64,000 bases of DNA. Origin: an uncultured Eubacteriales bacterium. Its GTDB lineage: Bacteria > Bacillota > Clostridia > TANB77 > CAG-508. The notes under the pieces were generated by a model. That model was not told the DNA's origin and did not search any database. It saw nothing but the letters and a program-made list of their open reading frames with translations. Position numbers and translations under genes: made by a program. Below, in pieces: positions 9,225 through 18,243 of this stretch (within the stretch, counting starts at the first letter, position 1; every line of letters begins with the position of its first letter). The stretch lies in contig CASEIX010000023.1 of NCBI GenBank assembly GCA_949288095.1, positions 9,977 to 73,976 of the forward strand, in the 5' to 3' direction.

Positions 9225-9393
9225 ATTACAATTGAATCCTAGATATATCATAATTATTTTTTTACACCTTGTGTGTCGCAACCACTAAATACAAATAATC
9301 GTTGGTTGCTCCAATCGCACTTGCTATCGCTCGTTTGGTCGCTTACGCGGTATTTCAAAAATAATTATGATATATCTAGGATTCAGTTGTTAT
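9225..9393. repeat. Long inverted repeat (hairpin element 2): 33-nt arms (37 with an imperfect extension) around a 95-nt GC-richer core
   Basis: Arms 9229..9261 and 9357..9389 are reverse complements. The only exception is one T:G pair, which is a wobble only if the + strand is read as RNA. The core contains hairpin GCAACCA...TGGTTGC and direct ATCGC/TCGCT repeats. Confidence 0.9.
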
Positions 9394-9491
9394 ACTGCAA
9401 TAATACACCATCTCTATTTTTTTTACATAAAATATATTAATGACAAAATAAATGACAGATATATCAAAAGATTAGAAAGGAATGAAACTAG

Positions 9492-10259
9492 ATGAAAACC
9501 ATATTAGAAATAAAAAATATTTGTAAAACCTATCAAAGTAAAGAAGGGGAAATTTTAGCACTAGATAATATTCATTTTAGAGTAAAAGAAGGAGAATTTG
9601 TATCTATTATAGGTCCTAGTGGATGTGGAAAATCTACTTTACTATCTATTATTAGTGGGTTAGAAAAAAAGACAAAAGGAGAAATCTACATAGATAATAA
9701 AAAAGTAGAAGGAATTTCAGAAGATGTGGGATATATGCTACAAAAAGATTGCCTATTAGAATGGAGAAACATATGGAGTAATAGTATATTGGGACTAGAA
9801 CTAAAAGGAAAACTAAATGAAAAAAGTAAAAATTATGTAGAAAATTTATTAAAAAAATATAATCTTTATGACTTTAAAGATAAATATCCATCAGAATTAT
9901 CTGGAGGAATGAGACAAAGAGCAGCTTTAATTAGAACTTTAGCAACAAAACCTAAAATTCTATTACTAGATGAGGCATTTTCAGCATTAGATTATCAAAC
10001 AAGAATCATGGTCACAAATGATATTTATTCGATATTAAGAAAAGAAAATATGACGGCTATTATTGTCACACATGATATTTCAGAGGCTATTAGTATGTCT
10101 GATAGAGTGGTGGTATTAACAAAAAGACCAGGAAGAGTAAAAGACATTTATACAATTGATTTTGAGATGGAAAATAGAAATCCTATCAATGTAAGAGAAA
10201 GTCCAAAATTTAGTGGATATTTTAATACTTTATGGAAGGAGCTGGGGGTTGATGAATAA
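9492..10259 (+). CDS. ABC transporter ATP-binding protein (NitT/TauT family)
   Basis: Walker A GPSGCGKST, signature LSGGMRQR, Walker B LLLDEAFS. Confidence 0.9.
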   Translation: MKTILEIKNICKTYQSKEGEILALDNIHFRVKEGEFVSIIGPSGCGKSTLLSIISGLEKKTKGEIYIDNKKVEGISEDVGYMLQKDCLLEWRNIWSNSILGLELKGKLNEKSKNYVENLLKKYNLYDFKDKYPSELSGGMRQRAALIRTLATKPKILLLDEAFSALDYQTRIMVTNDIYSILRKENMTAIIVTHDISEAISMSDRVVVLTKRPGRVKDIYTIDFEMENRNPINVRESPKFSGYFNTLWKELGVDE

Positions 10260-11058
10260 TTCTTTATCACAAGAAAGAAAACAATATATCAAACATAATC
10301 GAAAAAGAAAAATACTGGTATTTATAACACAGGTAGCAATATTAATCGGATTTTTAGCTATATGGGAAATATTAGCGAATATGAATGTAATTGATAGTTT
10401 TATTATGAGTCAGCCAAGTAGAATATGGGAAACGCTAACCAATTTAGGCTCAAATGATTTGTTAATGCATATTAAAGTAACTGTATATGAAACTGTTGTT
10501 GGATTTTTGATAGGAACAATTTTAGGAACCATCATTGCTATTATGTTATGGTGGTCTAGATTTCTTTCAGATGTACTAGAACCCTATTTAGTTGTGTTAA
10601 ATAGTTTACCAAAGGTTGCTTTAGGACCTGTTATCATTATTTGGGTAGGAGCAGGAACATCAGCTATTATTGTTATGGCAGTTGCGATTTCATTGGTTGT
10701 TACTATATTAGAAAATCTAAATGGATTTATCAAGACAGATAAAGATCTGATTAAAATGGCAAAAACATTTAAAGCTACTAAATTTCAAATATTGACTAAG
10801 ATTGTTATACCAGCCAATATTTCTACTTTTATCAATTCTTTAAAAGTAAATATCGGACTTTCTTTAGTAGGTGTTATTTCTGGAGAGTTCTTAATATCTA
10901 AAGCAGGTTTAGGATATTTGATTGTATATGGAGGGCAAGTATTTAAATTGGATTTGGTTATGGCAAGTGTGATTATACTTGGTGTTGTGGCAGGACTTAT
11001 GTATTTAGCTGTATTATTATTAGAAAAAATCATATTGAAATCTAAAAAATTTCAGTAA
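10252..11058 (+). CDS. ABC transporter permease (NitT/TauT family)
   Basis: ATG at 10252 overlaps the ATPase stop codon. Six hydrophobic segments in a BPD-transporter-like layout. Confidence 0.85.
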   Translation: MNNSLSQERKQYIKHNRKRKILVFITQVAILIGFLAIWEILANMNVIDSFIMSQPSRIWETLTNLGSNDLLMHIKVTVYETVVGFLIGTILGTIIAIMLWWSRFLSDVLEPYLVVLNSLPKVALGPVIIIWVGAGTSAIIVMAVAISLVVTILENLNGFIKTDKDLIKMAKTFKATKFQILTKIVIPANISTFINSLKVNIGLSLVGVISGEFLISKAGLGYLIVYGGQVFKLDLVMASVIILGVVAGLMYLAVLLLEKIILKSKKFQ

Positions 11059-11171
11059 TAAGTAAGGAATTACTATTATAAATAGTAGTTCTTTTTTTTA
11101 GAAGGGTTATATATTTCACATATTTTGACAGACAACATAAAATATAGGGAGAAAATTAAGGAGGTGTGAAA

Positions 11172-12191
11172 ATGAGTAAAAAAGGAAAAATTGCGCTAGT
11201 GGTAATCATTGTACTCATAGCAATTGTTATTGCTGTTGTCGCTATAAAATCCCAAAAGGGAAATTATCAAAATACTTTACAAATCATTAATGTTAGTGAG
11301 GTAACACGTTCTGTTTTTTATGCACCACAATATGTAGCAATCAATAATGGATATTTTGAAGAAAAAGGATTAGAAATTGAATTATCTACTGGTCAAGGAG
11401 CAGATGCGGTTATGACAAGTGTATTGGCAAATCAAGTAGAAATTGGATTTGCAGGTCCAGAAGCATCTATTTATGTATATAATGAGGGAAAAGAAGATTA
11501 TACAGAAGTATTTGCACAATTAACGAAAAAAGATGGATCATTATTAGTGTCTAGAACAAATGAAGAAAATTTTAGTTGGGAAAATTTAAAAGGTAAAACA
11601 GTTATTCCAGGAAGAAAAGGTGGCGTACCATATATGACATTAGAATATGTCTTAAAAAAGAATGGAATTAATCCAGAAACAGATGTGGTATTAGATGACA
11701 GCATCAAATTTGACCTAATGGCAGGTGCCTTTGCAGCTGGAAACGCTGACTATGTAACTTTATTTGAACCAACAGCTTCTTTAACAGAACAAGAAGGAAA
11801 AGGATATGTTGTGGCATCAGTTGGAGAAGAGGCAGGAGAAATACCATATACAGCATATTTTGCGAAAAAAAGTTATATTGAAGCAAATGAAGAATTGATT
11901 CAAAATTTTACAGATGCGATTTATAAAGGGCAAGTTTGGGTAAAGGAACATACAGCAGAAGAAATTGCAACTGTTATACAGGACTTTTTCCCAGATACAA
12001 GTATTGAAATGTTAACAGAAGCAATACAAACATATAAAGATATAGATGCATGGAATGAAACACCGGTATTAGAAGAAGAAAGTTTTAATAGACTTCAAGA
12101 AGTCATGACATTGGCTGGAGAGTTAGAAAATCCAGCACCATATGACAAGGTTGTAAATAATATGTATGCATTTAAAAGTATTGAAAATTAA
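11172..12191 (+). CDS. ABC transporter substrate-binding protein (NMT1/THI5-like, SsuA-type)
   Basis: ATG 7 nt after TAAGGAGG. N-terminal membrane anchor; the periplasmic-binding-like body begins VFYAPQYVAINNGYFEEKGL. Confidence 0.8.
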   Translation: MSKKGKIALVVIIVLIAIVIAVVAIKSQKGNYQNTLQIINVSEVTRSVFYAPQYVAINNGYFEEKGLEIELSTGQGADAVMTSVLANQVEIGFAGPEASIYVYNEGKEDYTEVFAQLTKKDGSLLVSRTNEENFSWENLKGKTVIPGRKGGVPYMTLEYVLKKNGINPETDVVLDDSIKFDLMAGAFAAGNADYVTLFEPTASLTEQEGKGYVVASVGEEAGEIPYTAYFAKKSYIEANEELIQNFTDAIYKGQVWVKEHTAEEIATVIQDFFPDTSIEMLTEAIQTYKDIDAWNETPVLEEESFNRLQEVMTLAGELENPAPYDKVVNNMYAFKSIEN

Positions 12192-12271
12192 TTTTTACTA
12201 TTATGTAAAAAAAATGTATTGACAAATAAAACTCATAATGTTATATTTACCAATAAAGGAGAAGTGATAAT

Positions 12272-12604
12272 ATGAACATGGATTTTTCTAATATTGGTAA
12301 AAGAATACAAGCAACAAGAATAGAAAATAAAATTACACAAAAAGAAATGTCAGATTTCTTAGGAATATCTATGAATTATATAAGCAAACTAGAAAATGGG
12401 AAAACGAAAATAGATTTAAAAACATTTATGAAAATATGTGATTTTTTAAATATTTCTATGTATGATGTTCTAAATGAAAAAAGTGATCATATAATAAGAT
12501 ATATGGATAAAGAATTATATGAATTAATTATTAAATGTAATCTGGAAAAACAAAGATTCATTTATAATATGGTAAAGCTATTGATAAAAAATCAAGTAGT
12601 ATGA
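12272..12604 (+). CDS. XRE-family helix-turn-helix transcriptional regulator
   Basis: HTH_3-like block IGKRIQATRIENKITQKEMSDFLGISMNYISKLENGK. Confidence 0.75.
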   Translation: MNMDFSNIGKRIQATRIENKITQKEMSDFLGISMNYISKLENGKTKIDLKTFMKICDFLNISMYDVLNEKSDHIIRYMDKELYELIIKCNLEKQRFIYNMVKLLIKNQVV

Positions 12605-12759
12605 AAACGCTAAACTCTAGAATTAGATAAATAAGAATCGAAGTGTAAATTAGTAAATTTTGGAAAAAAGTCAAAAATTTGACTTTTTTTTAGATTTATA
12701 GTATACTATTCTGGTACTACTTTTTTTAAAATATAAAATATTTAAGGAGAAGGATTACA

Positions 12760-14061
12760 ATGAAAAGTAAAATGAATATAAAAAGCATCTTTATTATGGC
12801 AATTATATCATTAGCTAGTTTGCTTTTTATAAATATCAGCTTAGCAGCAAATACTGGAACAATCAACGTAGATGTTGCTAATTTAAGGGAGACAGCAGAT
12901 GCTGAGAGTACAATCTTGGAACAAATTACTTTGAATCAAGAAGTCGAAATCGTTGGAGAAGAAGGTGACTGGTATCAAGTTACATATAATAATATTACAG
13001 GATATGTAAGTAAAGAGCTAGTTACAGTAAATTCAAATCCAGAACCTACAGAAGATAATAATCAAATAAGTGAAAATAGTACACAAGAAAACAATGTGGC
13101 AACAGAAAATACGACAGAAGAAGGTACTGAAACAGACAGTACAGAAGAAATAACATTAGGAGAATACAAAATTTCAGAGGATACAAGACTAAAATTAATA
13201 CCATCAATTAATGCAACAGATGTGATAGAATTAAAAACAGATGAAACTGTTACTGTTACAGAAATCATGAATGGATGGGCATGTGTAGAAACACAAACAA
13301 CAAAAGGTTGGTTAAGAAAAGATAAATTAAAGAAAGATGAGCCTGTGGAAGAAACTGTAGAAGAAGTGCCAGAAGAACCAGCTCAAGAAACACCAATCAA
13401 AACACAATATGTAAATTCTACAACTGTTAACGTAAGACAAGAAGCAAATACTTCTAGTACAATTGTAACAACTGTAGCATTAAATACAGAAGTTCAAGTT
13501 TATAGTGAAGAAAATGGCTGGAGTAAAGTAATGGTTAATAATGTAGAAGGATATATTTCAACTTCATTATTATCAAACAGTAAACAAGAAACATCAAGAA
13601 GCCAAAGCACTTCTAGAAGAACAAGTAGTACAAATACAAGCACAAAAACAACAAGTCAAACAACAACAGCACAAACAACAACTGTACCAGCATCTGGTAA
13701 CGGTTCAGCAATTGTTGCAACAGCAAAACAATATTTAGGATATAAATATACTTATGGAGGAAGTTCACCTAGCACAGGATTTGACTGTTCAGGATTTACT
13801 TCATACATATTTAAACAATATGGAATATCTTTAAATAGAACAGCTGCAGGACAATATAGCAATGGTGTTGCTGTTAGTAGAGCAAACTTACAACCAGGTG
13901 ACTTAGTTATGTTTGGTAAATCTGGAATTAATCATGTTGCAATATATATCGGTGGAGGACAGATTATCCACGCATCAACTCCATCAACAGGAGTTAGAAT
14001 TGATTCTTTAAGTACAGGATATTATAATAATAATTATGTAGGTGCAAGAAGAATACTATAA
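12760..14061 (+). CDS. Secreted SH3b-repeat NlpC/P60 (C40) peptidoglycan endopeptidase
   Basis: Signal peptide, three SH3-like repeats (G.INV...NLR, GW..V...G..GY), a Ser/Thr-rich linker, and a C-terminal GFDCSGF...HVAIYIG catalytic core. Confidence 0.85.
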   Translation: MKSKMNIKSIFIMAIISLASLLFINISLAANTGTINVDVANLRETADAESTILEQITLNQEVEIVGEEGDWYQVTYNNITGYVSKELVTVNSNPEPTEDNNQISENSTQENNVATENTTEEGTETDSTEEITLGEYKISEDTRLKLIPSINATDVIELKTDETVTVTEIMNGWACVETQTTKGWLRKDKLKKDEPVEETVEEVPEEPAQETPIKTQYVNSTTVNVRQEANTSSTIVTTVALNTEVQVYSEENGWSKVMVNNVEGYISTSLLSNSKQETSRSQSTSRRTSSTNTSTKTTSQTTTAQTTTVPASGNGSAIVATAKQYLGYKYTYGGSSPSTGFDCSGFTSYIFKQYGISLNRTAAGQYSNGVAVSRANLQPGDLVMFGKSGINHVAIYIGGGQIIHASTPSTGVRIDSLSTGYYNNNYVGARRIL

Positions 14062-14070
14062 TGAAAAGGA

Positions 14071-16633
14071 ATGATAACAAATTTGAAAAGACCAATTATC
14101 ATTATCGTTATAGGATATATCATTGGAATTATATGGGGGCTATACTTAAATTTTAGTATAGTCCTTTTATATATCCTAATAGCTTTCTTTTATGGCTTAA
14201 AAAAATGTTTTAAAAGTAAAAAACATAAAAAATTTCATATTTTATCTAGTTATCGATATATTCGATATATCAAATTAATTTTCACAAAACAAGTTATTTT
14301 TTTAATCATTATTAGTTCGATAATTTCTAATACAATTCTTATATTCCAAGAAAAACGCTATGAAAATTTATATCCTGAGGAAAATATAACAGTAGAAGGG
14401 ATTATTATCAGTAATCAGGAAGAAAGAGAATATAAAAATCGATATAAACTAAAGGTATTAACAGTGAATTCATCTAATAAATATTACTCTACGCAAATCT
14501 ATATTGAAGTAAAAAAAGATATTCAATTTGAATATGGTGACAAAGTATTTTTGCAAGGAGAGTTTCGAAAAGGAAGCGAACAAAGAAATACAGGTGGATT
14601 TGATTATCAACTATATTTAAAATCCATTCATATATATGGTACTTTAAAGGTTGAAAATTATCAAAAAATATCTTCTGATAATGTAAATTGGATTGCAAAA
14701 AGTATAAACACAATCAAATTAGCAATTACAAAGAATATTGAAAATATATTAGAAAAAGAAGAAGCACAAATTGTAAAAGGACTAATCTTAGGAGATACAA
14801 CAACTTTAGAAGAAGAGTTAAAAGAAAAATTTCAAATTGCCAATATTTCTCATGTGTTAGCAGTATCTGGCATGCATATTGTCTATATTGTTATTGGAAT
14901 AGAAGTTATTTTTAAGAAGTTGCTAGGAAAAAGACCTGTAAAATATGTGATTATCTTTGGATTAGTATTTTATATGAGTATAACAGGATTTACAAGCTCG
15001 ATTGTAAGAGCGGGAATCATGGGAATGATGAATATATTCGCTTTTTTAGTGTATAGAAAAAATGATATATGGACATCGATTGCTATTTCCTTAGGAATCA
15101 TCCTAATACAAAATCCATATGCAATTACAGGTGTTGGATTACAATTATCTTACTTAGGTACGATAGGGATTATTTTATTCAATAAAAATATAAGGCAGTA
15201 TTTGGATAATATAAAATGGATAAGAAATAATATACGAATAAAAAGAAGTAAACGAATTTCTAAAATAATAGAGAAACTAAAAGACATGATATCTGTTACA
15301 CTTTCTGCCCAATTGATGATTCTTCCGATTATGCTTTATCATTTTAATATGATTGGAATTTATTTTGTGATAACCAATATTTTAGTCAGTATCATGATTG
15401 GTCCCATTATGTTTTTATCCATTATTTTTATCTTCAGTACATTTATTCACTTACAAATTTCACAGTTTATTTATATTTTTTTATCATTTGGTATAAAAAT
15501 CTTAATACAAATTTCCAATTTAGCGAATTTACCATTTTCGAAAATATATGTACCCACACCAAGCATTTTATTTATCTTTATCTATTATATTGGCATATTG
15601 GCAGGTAATCAAATATATGTCATTTATACTAGTAAATATTTAAATGGTACAGAAAGAAGAATAAAAAATCTAATTGCATTGATGAAATACAAATTATATG
15701 AGAAAAAGAAGAAAACAAAGAAAATATATCAGAGAATTTTCCAAGAAAAGAATGTAAAAGCTTTTATTATAAGAATTTATAAAGTAATTTTATTAATCGT
15801 TTTTTTAATAGAAATTTATCAATTTCCTAAAGATTTAGAAATTCATTTCTTAGATGTAGGACAAGGAGATTCTAGTTTGATCATCACACCAAATCGTAAG
15901 ACCATTTTAATTGATGGAGGAGGAAGTACTTCAAGTACATTTGATGTTGGAAAAGATACATTAATACCTTATTTATTGGACAAAGGATATACAAAGTTAG
16001 ATTATGTATTTATTTCTCATTTTGACCAAGACCATGTAGGTGGAATATTATCTCTATTAGAAGAATTGAAAGTAGGACAAATATTTATTAGTAAACAGGG
16101 AGAAACAAGTGATAATTATGAAGCATTTTTAGAAATTGTGACACAAAAGAATTTAAACGTACAAGAAGTAAAGATGGGTGACAAAGTGACAATAGGAGAT
16201 GTTACTTTCCATATATTATGGCCAAGTGAAAAGCAAATAGAAGAAAATATGTTAAACAATAATGCTATGGTGATGAAATTACAATATAAAAGTTTTAGTA
16301 TGCTATTTACTGGGGATATAGAAGAAGTGGCAGAAAAGAAAATGTTAAGCGTATATAGTGACAACTTAGATAGTTTAAAGGCAACTATATTAAAAGTTGC
16401 TCATCATGGGTCTAAAAGTTCATCAACAGAAGAGTTCTTAAAAACGGTAAATAGTAAGATAGCTATTATTGGTGTAGGAGAAAATAACATGTTTGGACAC
16501 CCAAGCAATGTTGTTCTTGAAAGGTTACAATCATTTCGGTATGCAGATTTTTAGAACAGATGAAAATGGAGAGATTAGTATAAGTGTTAATCATAGAAGT
16601 AGAATTCATGTGAAAAAGTTTATAGGAGACTGA
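14071..16633 (+). pseudogene. comEC: ComEC/Rec2 DNA-internalisation channel with an MBL domain; apparent +1 frameshift about 30 codons before the end
   Basis: Polytopic competence domain and MBL motif SHFDQDHVGG. The ORF stops at 16554, but the next frame continues GMQIFRTDENGEISI... to the TGA at 16631..16633, which is the expected ComEC C-terminus. Removing the C at 16537 restores the frame, and a terminator follows at 16637. Confidence 0.8.
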
Positions 16634-16636
16634 AAA

Positions 16637-16670
16637 TTGCCAAATGGGACGTGGCATTTTGGCAACTTTT
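16637..16670 (+). terminator. Rho-independent terminator after the extended comEC frame
   Basis: Stem TTGCCAAA / TTTGGCAA followed by CTTTT. Confidence 0.6.
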
Positions 16671-16814
16671 GTATGTCTTTATTGTTAAAAAATACAAGAA
16701 AATGTATAAAGGAGAAAAAAAGGTAAATAATACTATAAAAGGTGAGAAAAGGTAAAATTGAAAATGATAAGAACTTTAAGAATCAATTTTATCTTTGGAA
16801 AGGAATGTAAGAAA

Positions 16815-17420
16815 ATGAAAAAAAGTATAATCATTTCAGCTATTATTGTATTATTTATTTTAGGAATCGTCATTGGTGCTATTTTAATAAATAATTTTTC
16901 AGGAGAAGAAAAGGAAACAGAAATAGCAGAACAAAATCAAGAAGAAATATATGATGAATGTACAGATGAATATGAAGAAATGGTACAAAGTAATACATTA
17001 GTAGAGGAGACAAGCTCAGAAGGAGAAAAAATATCTCCCAATTGTTCCATTATATTTAGAAGACATTATAATGATTGTGGGCATACGATTGAACAATATG
17101 CTAGTGTTCCAACTGAATTAGTTAATAAAACAGAAGAGGATTTACAAGAACAATATCAAGGATGGACAATTGAAGAATTCTCGCGAAATCAAATTATATT
17201 ATATAGAGACTTTGATAGTGAATGTGGAGAACATTATGTCTTAAGAGAAAAAGATGGAAAAGTGGTTGTATATCTAAAAACAGGAGATACAGAAGAATTA
17301 GTAGAAGAAACGGATATTGCAACAGAATTTTTAACAGAAACAGATAGAATTGAATTACAAAATGGTATTGAAGCAAATGGAAGAGTGGAATTAAATCAAC
17401 TAATAGAAGATTACGAGTGA
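16815..17420 (+). CDS. Membrane-anchored protein with a BofC C-terminal-like domain (tentative)
   Basis: ATG at 16815 (MKKSIIIS...), one TM segment, and the pattern W.IEEF....I.LYRDFD.ECGEHYVLREKDGKVVVY. The call is by pattern only. Confidence 0.5.
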   Translation: MKKSIIISAIIVLFILGIVIGAILINNFSGEEKETEIAEQNQEEIYDECTDEYEEMVQSNTLVEETSSEGEKISPNCSIIFRRHYNDCGHTIEQYASVPTELVNKTEEDLQEQYQGWTIEEFSRNQIILYRDFDSECGEHYVLREKDGKVVVYLKTGDTEELVEETDIATEFLTETDRIELQNGIEANGRVELNQLIEDYE

Positions 17421-17608
17421 AACGATAATTTCAGTTTGATTTAATTATGTAAGTGAGAAGTAACCAGTAGTAGCAGACCAAGCCCAAAGGGGGATTTGTA
17501 ATTAATCTAATAAGACGTGGATGCCTGGGACTTTCAGGAATAATCATTCTGACAATTGAAGTTGGGATGATTATAAGTGGTAGTATTATCACTTATATGT
17601 TAATAAAC

Positions 17609-17652
17609 AAAAAAAAATCTGATACGTCACCGTAGGCGTATCAGATTTTTTT
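17609..17652. terminator. Bidirectional terminator between convergent genes
   Basis: A-run, stem ATCTGATACG / CGTATCAGAT, T-run. It overlaps the pgsA stop codon. Confidence 0.75.
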
Positions 17653-18234
17653 CTTTTCTTTTTTATCAATGGTAACTTCTTTTTTCAAATCATCTTTATC
17701 AATAAATCCTTTTTTATAAACATCTTTAATATACATCAATAAAGAAAATACAGTAGCAAATAAAGCTAAACAGAATAACCACAAATCTAAATTAGACCAT
17801 ATAGATGGTAATTCAAATTGATTAATTAATAATGAAAATACAATAGCAACATAGAAAAGAACGGTTGCCAACTTTCCATACCATTTGCTATATACCACTA
17901 CATCTTTACCATAAAGGAAAGATGCGCCTGCAATCATAATTAATTCTTTTAATAATACAACTGCTAATATCCAAATAGGAATAATATGGATTAAAGTTAA
18001 TGAAGCAATTGTTGCAATTTGCGTTAATTTATCTGCCAAAGGATCCATTAATTTTCCAAAGTTTGATATTAAATTAAATTTCCTTGCAATACATCCATCA
18101 GCAATATCTGTGATACCAGATACTGTGAAGAAGATAAAAGCAATGATATAATCTCCATTAAAAATGCTGATTACAATAACTGGTATTAATAAAAATCGAA
18201 TAATGGTTAGTGCGTTTGGTACATGTTTTAACAT
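17641..18234 (-). CDS. pgsA: CDP-diacylglycerol--glycerol-3-phosphate 3-phosphatidyltransferase
   Basis: CDP-alcohol phosphatidyltransferase motif DGCIARKFNLISNFGKLMDPLADK. Confidence 0.85.
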   Translation of the reverse strand: MLKHVPNALTIIRFLLIPVIVISIFNGDYIIAFIFFTVSGITDIADGCIARKFNLISNFGKLMDPLADKLTQIATIASLTLIHIIPIWILAVVLLKELIMIAGASFLYGKDVVVYSKWYGKLATVLFYVAIVFSLLINQFELPSIWSNLDLWLFCLALFATVFSLLMYIKDVYKKGFIDKDDLKKEVTIDKKEKKKI

Positions 18235-18243
18235 AAAAATCTC

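Noticed and set aside
9225-9393. Element 2 as a TPP riboswitch. The downstream ABC transporter has an NMT1/THI5-like binding protein, which is often thiamine-precursor related.
   Set aside because: The conserved TPP core strings (CUGAGA ... ACCUGAUCUGGAUAAUGCCAGCG-type) are absent, and the architecture (33-bp perfect arms) is unlike any riboswitch I know.
17421-17608. About 190 nt of intergenic or 3'-UTR sequence with slightly elevated GC, plus a TM-like reading frame (...FVINLIRRGCLGLSGIIILTIEVGMIISGSIITYMLINKKKSDTSP*).
   Set aside because: The frame has no ATG, GTG or TTG start after the preceding stop codon, although an AAAGGGGGA RBS-like site exists upstream. I found no convincing RNA structure. 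It could be a decayed or frameshifted small gene, but this is unsupported.
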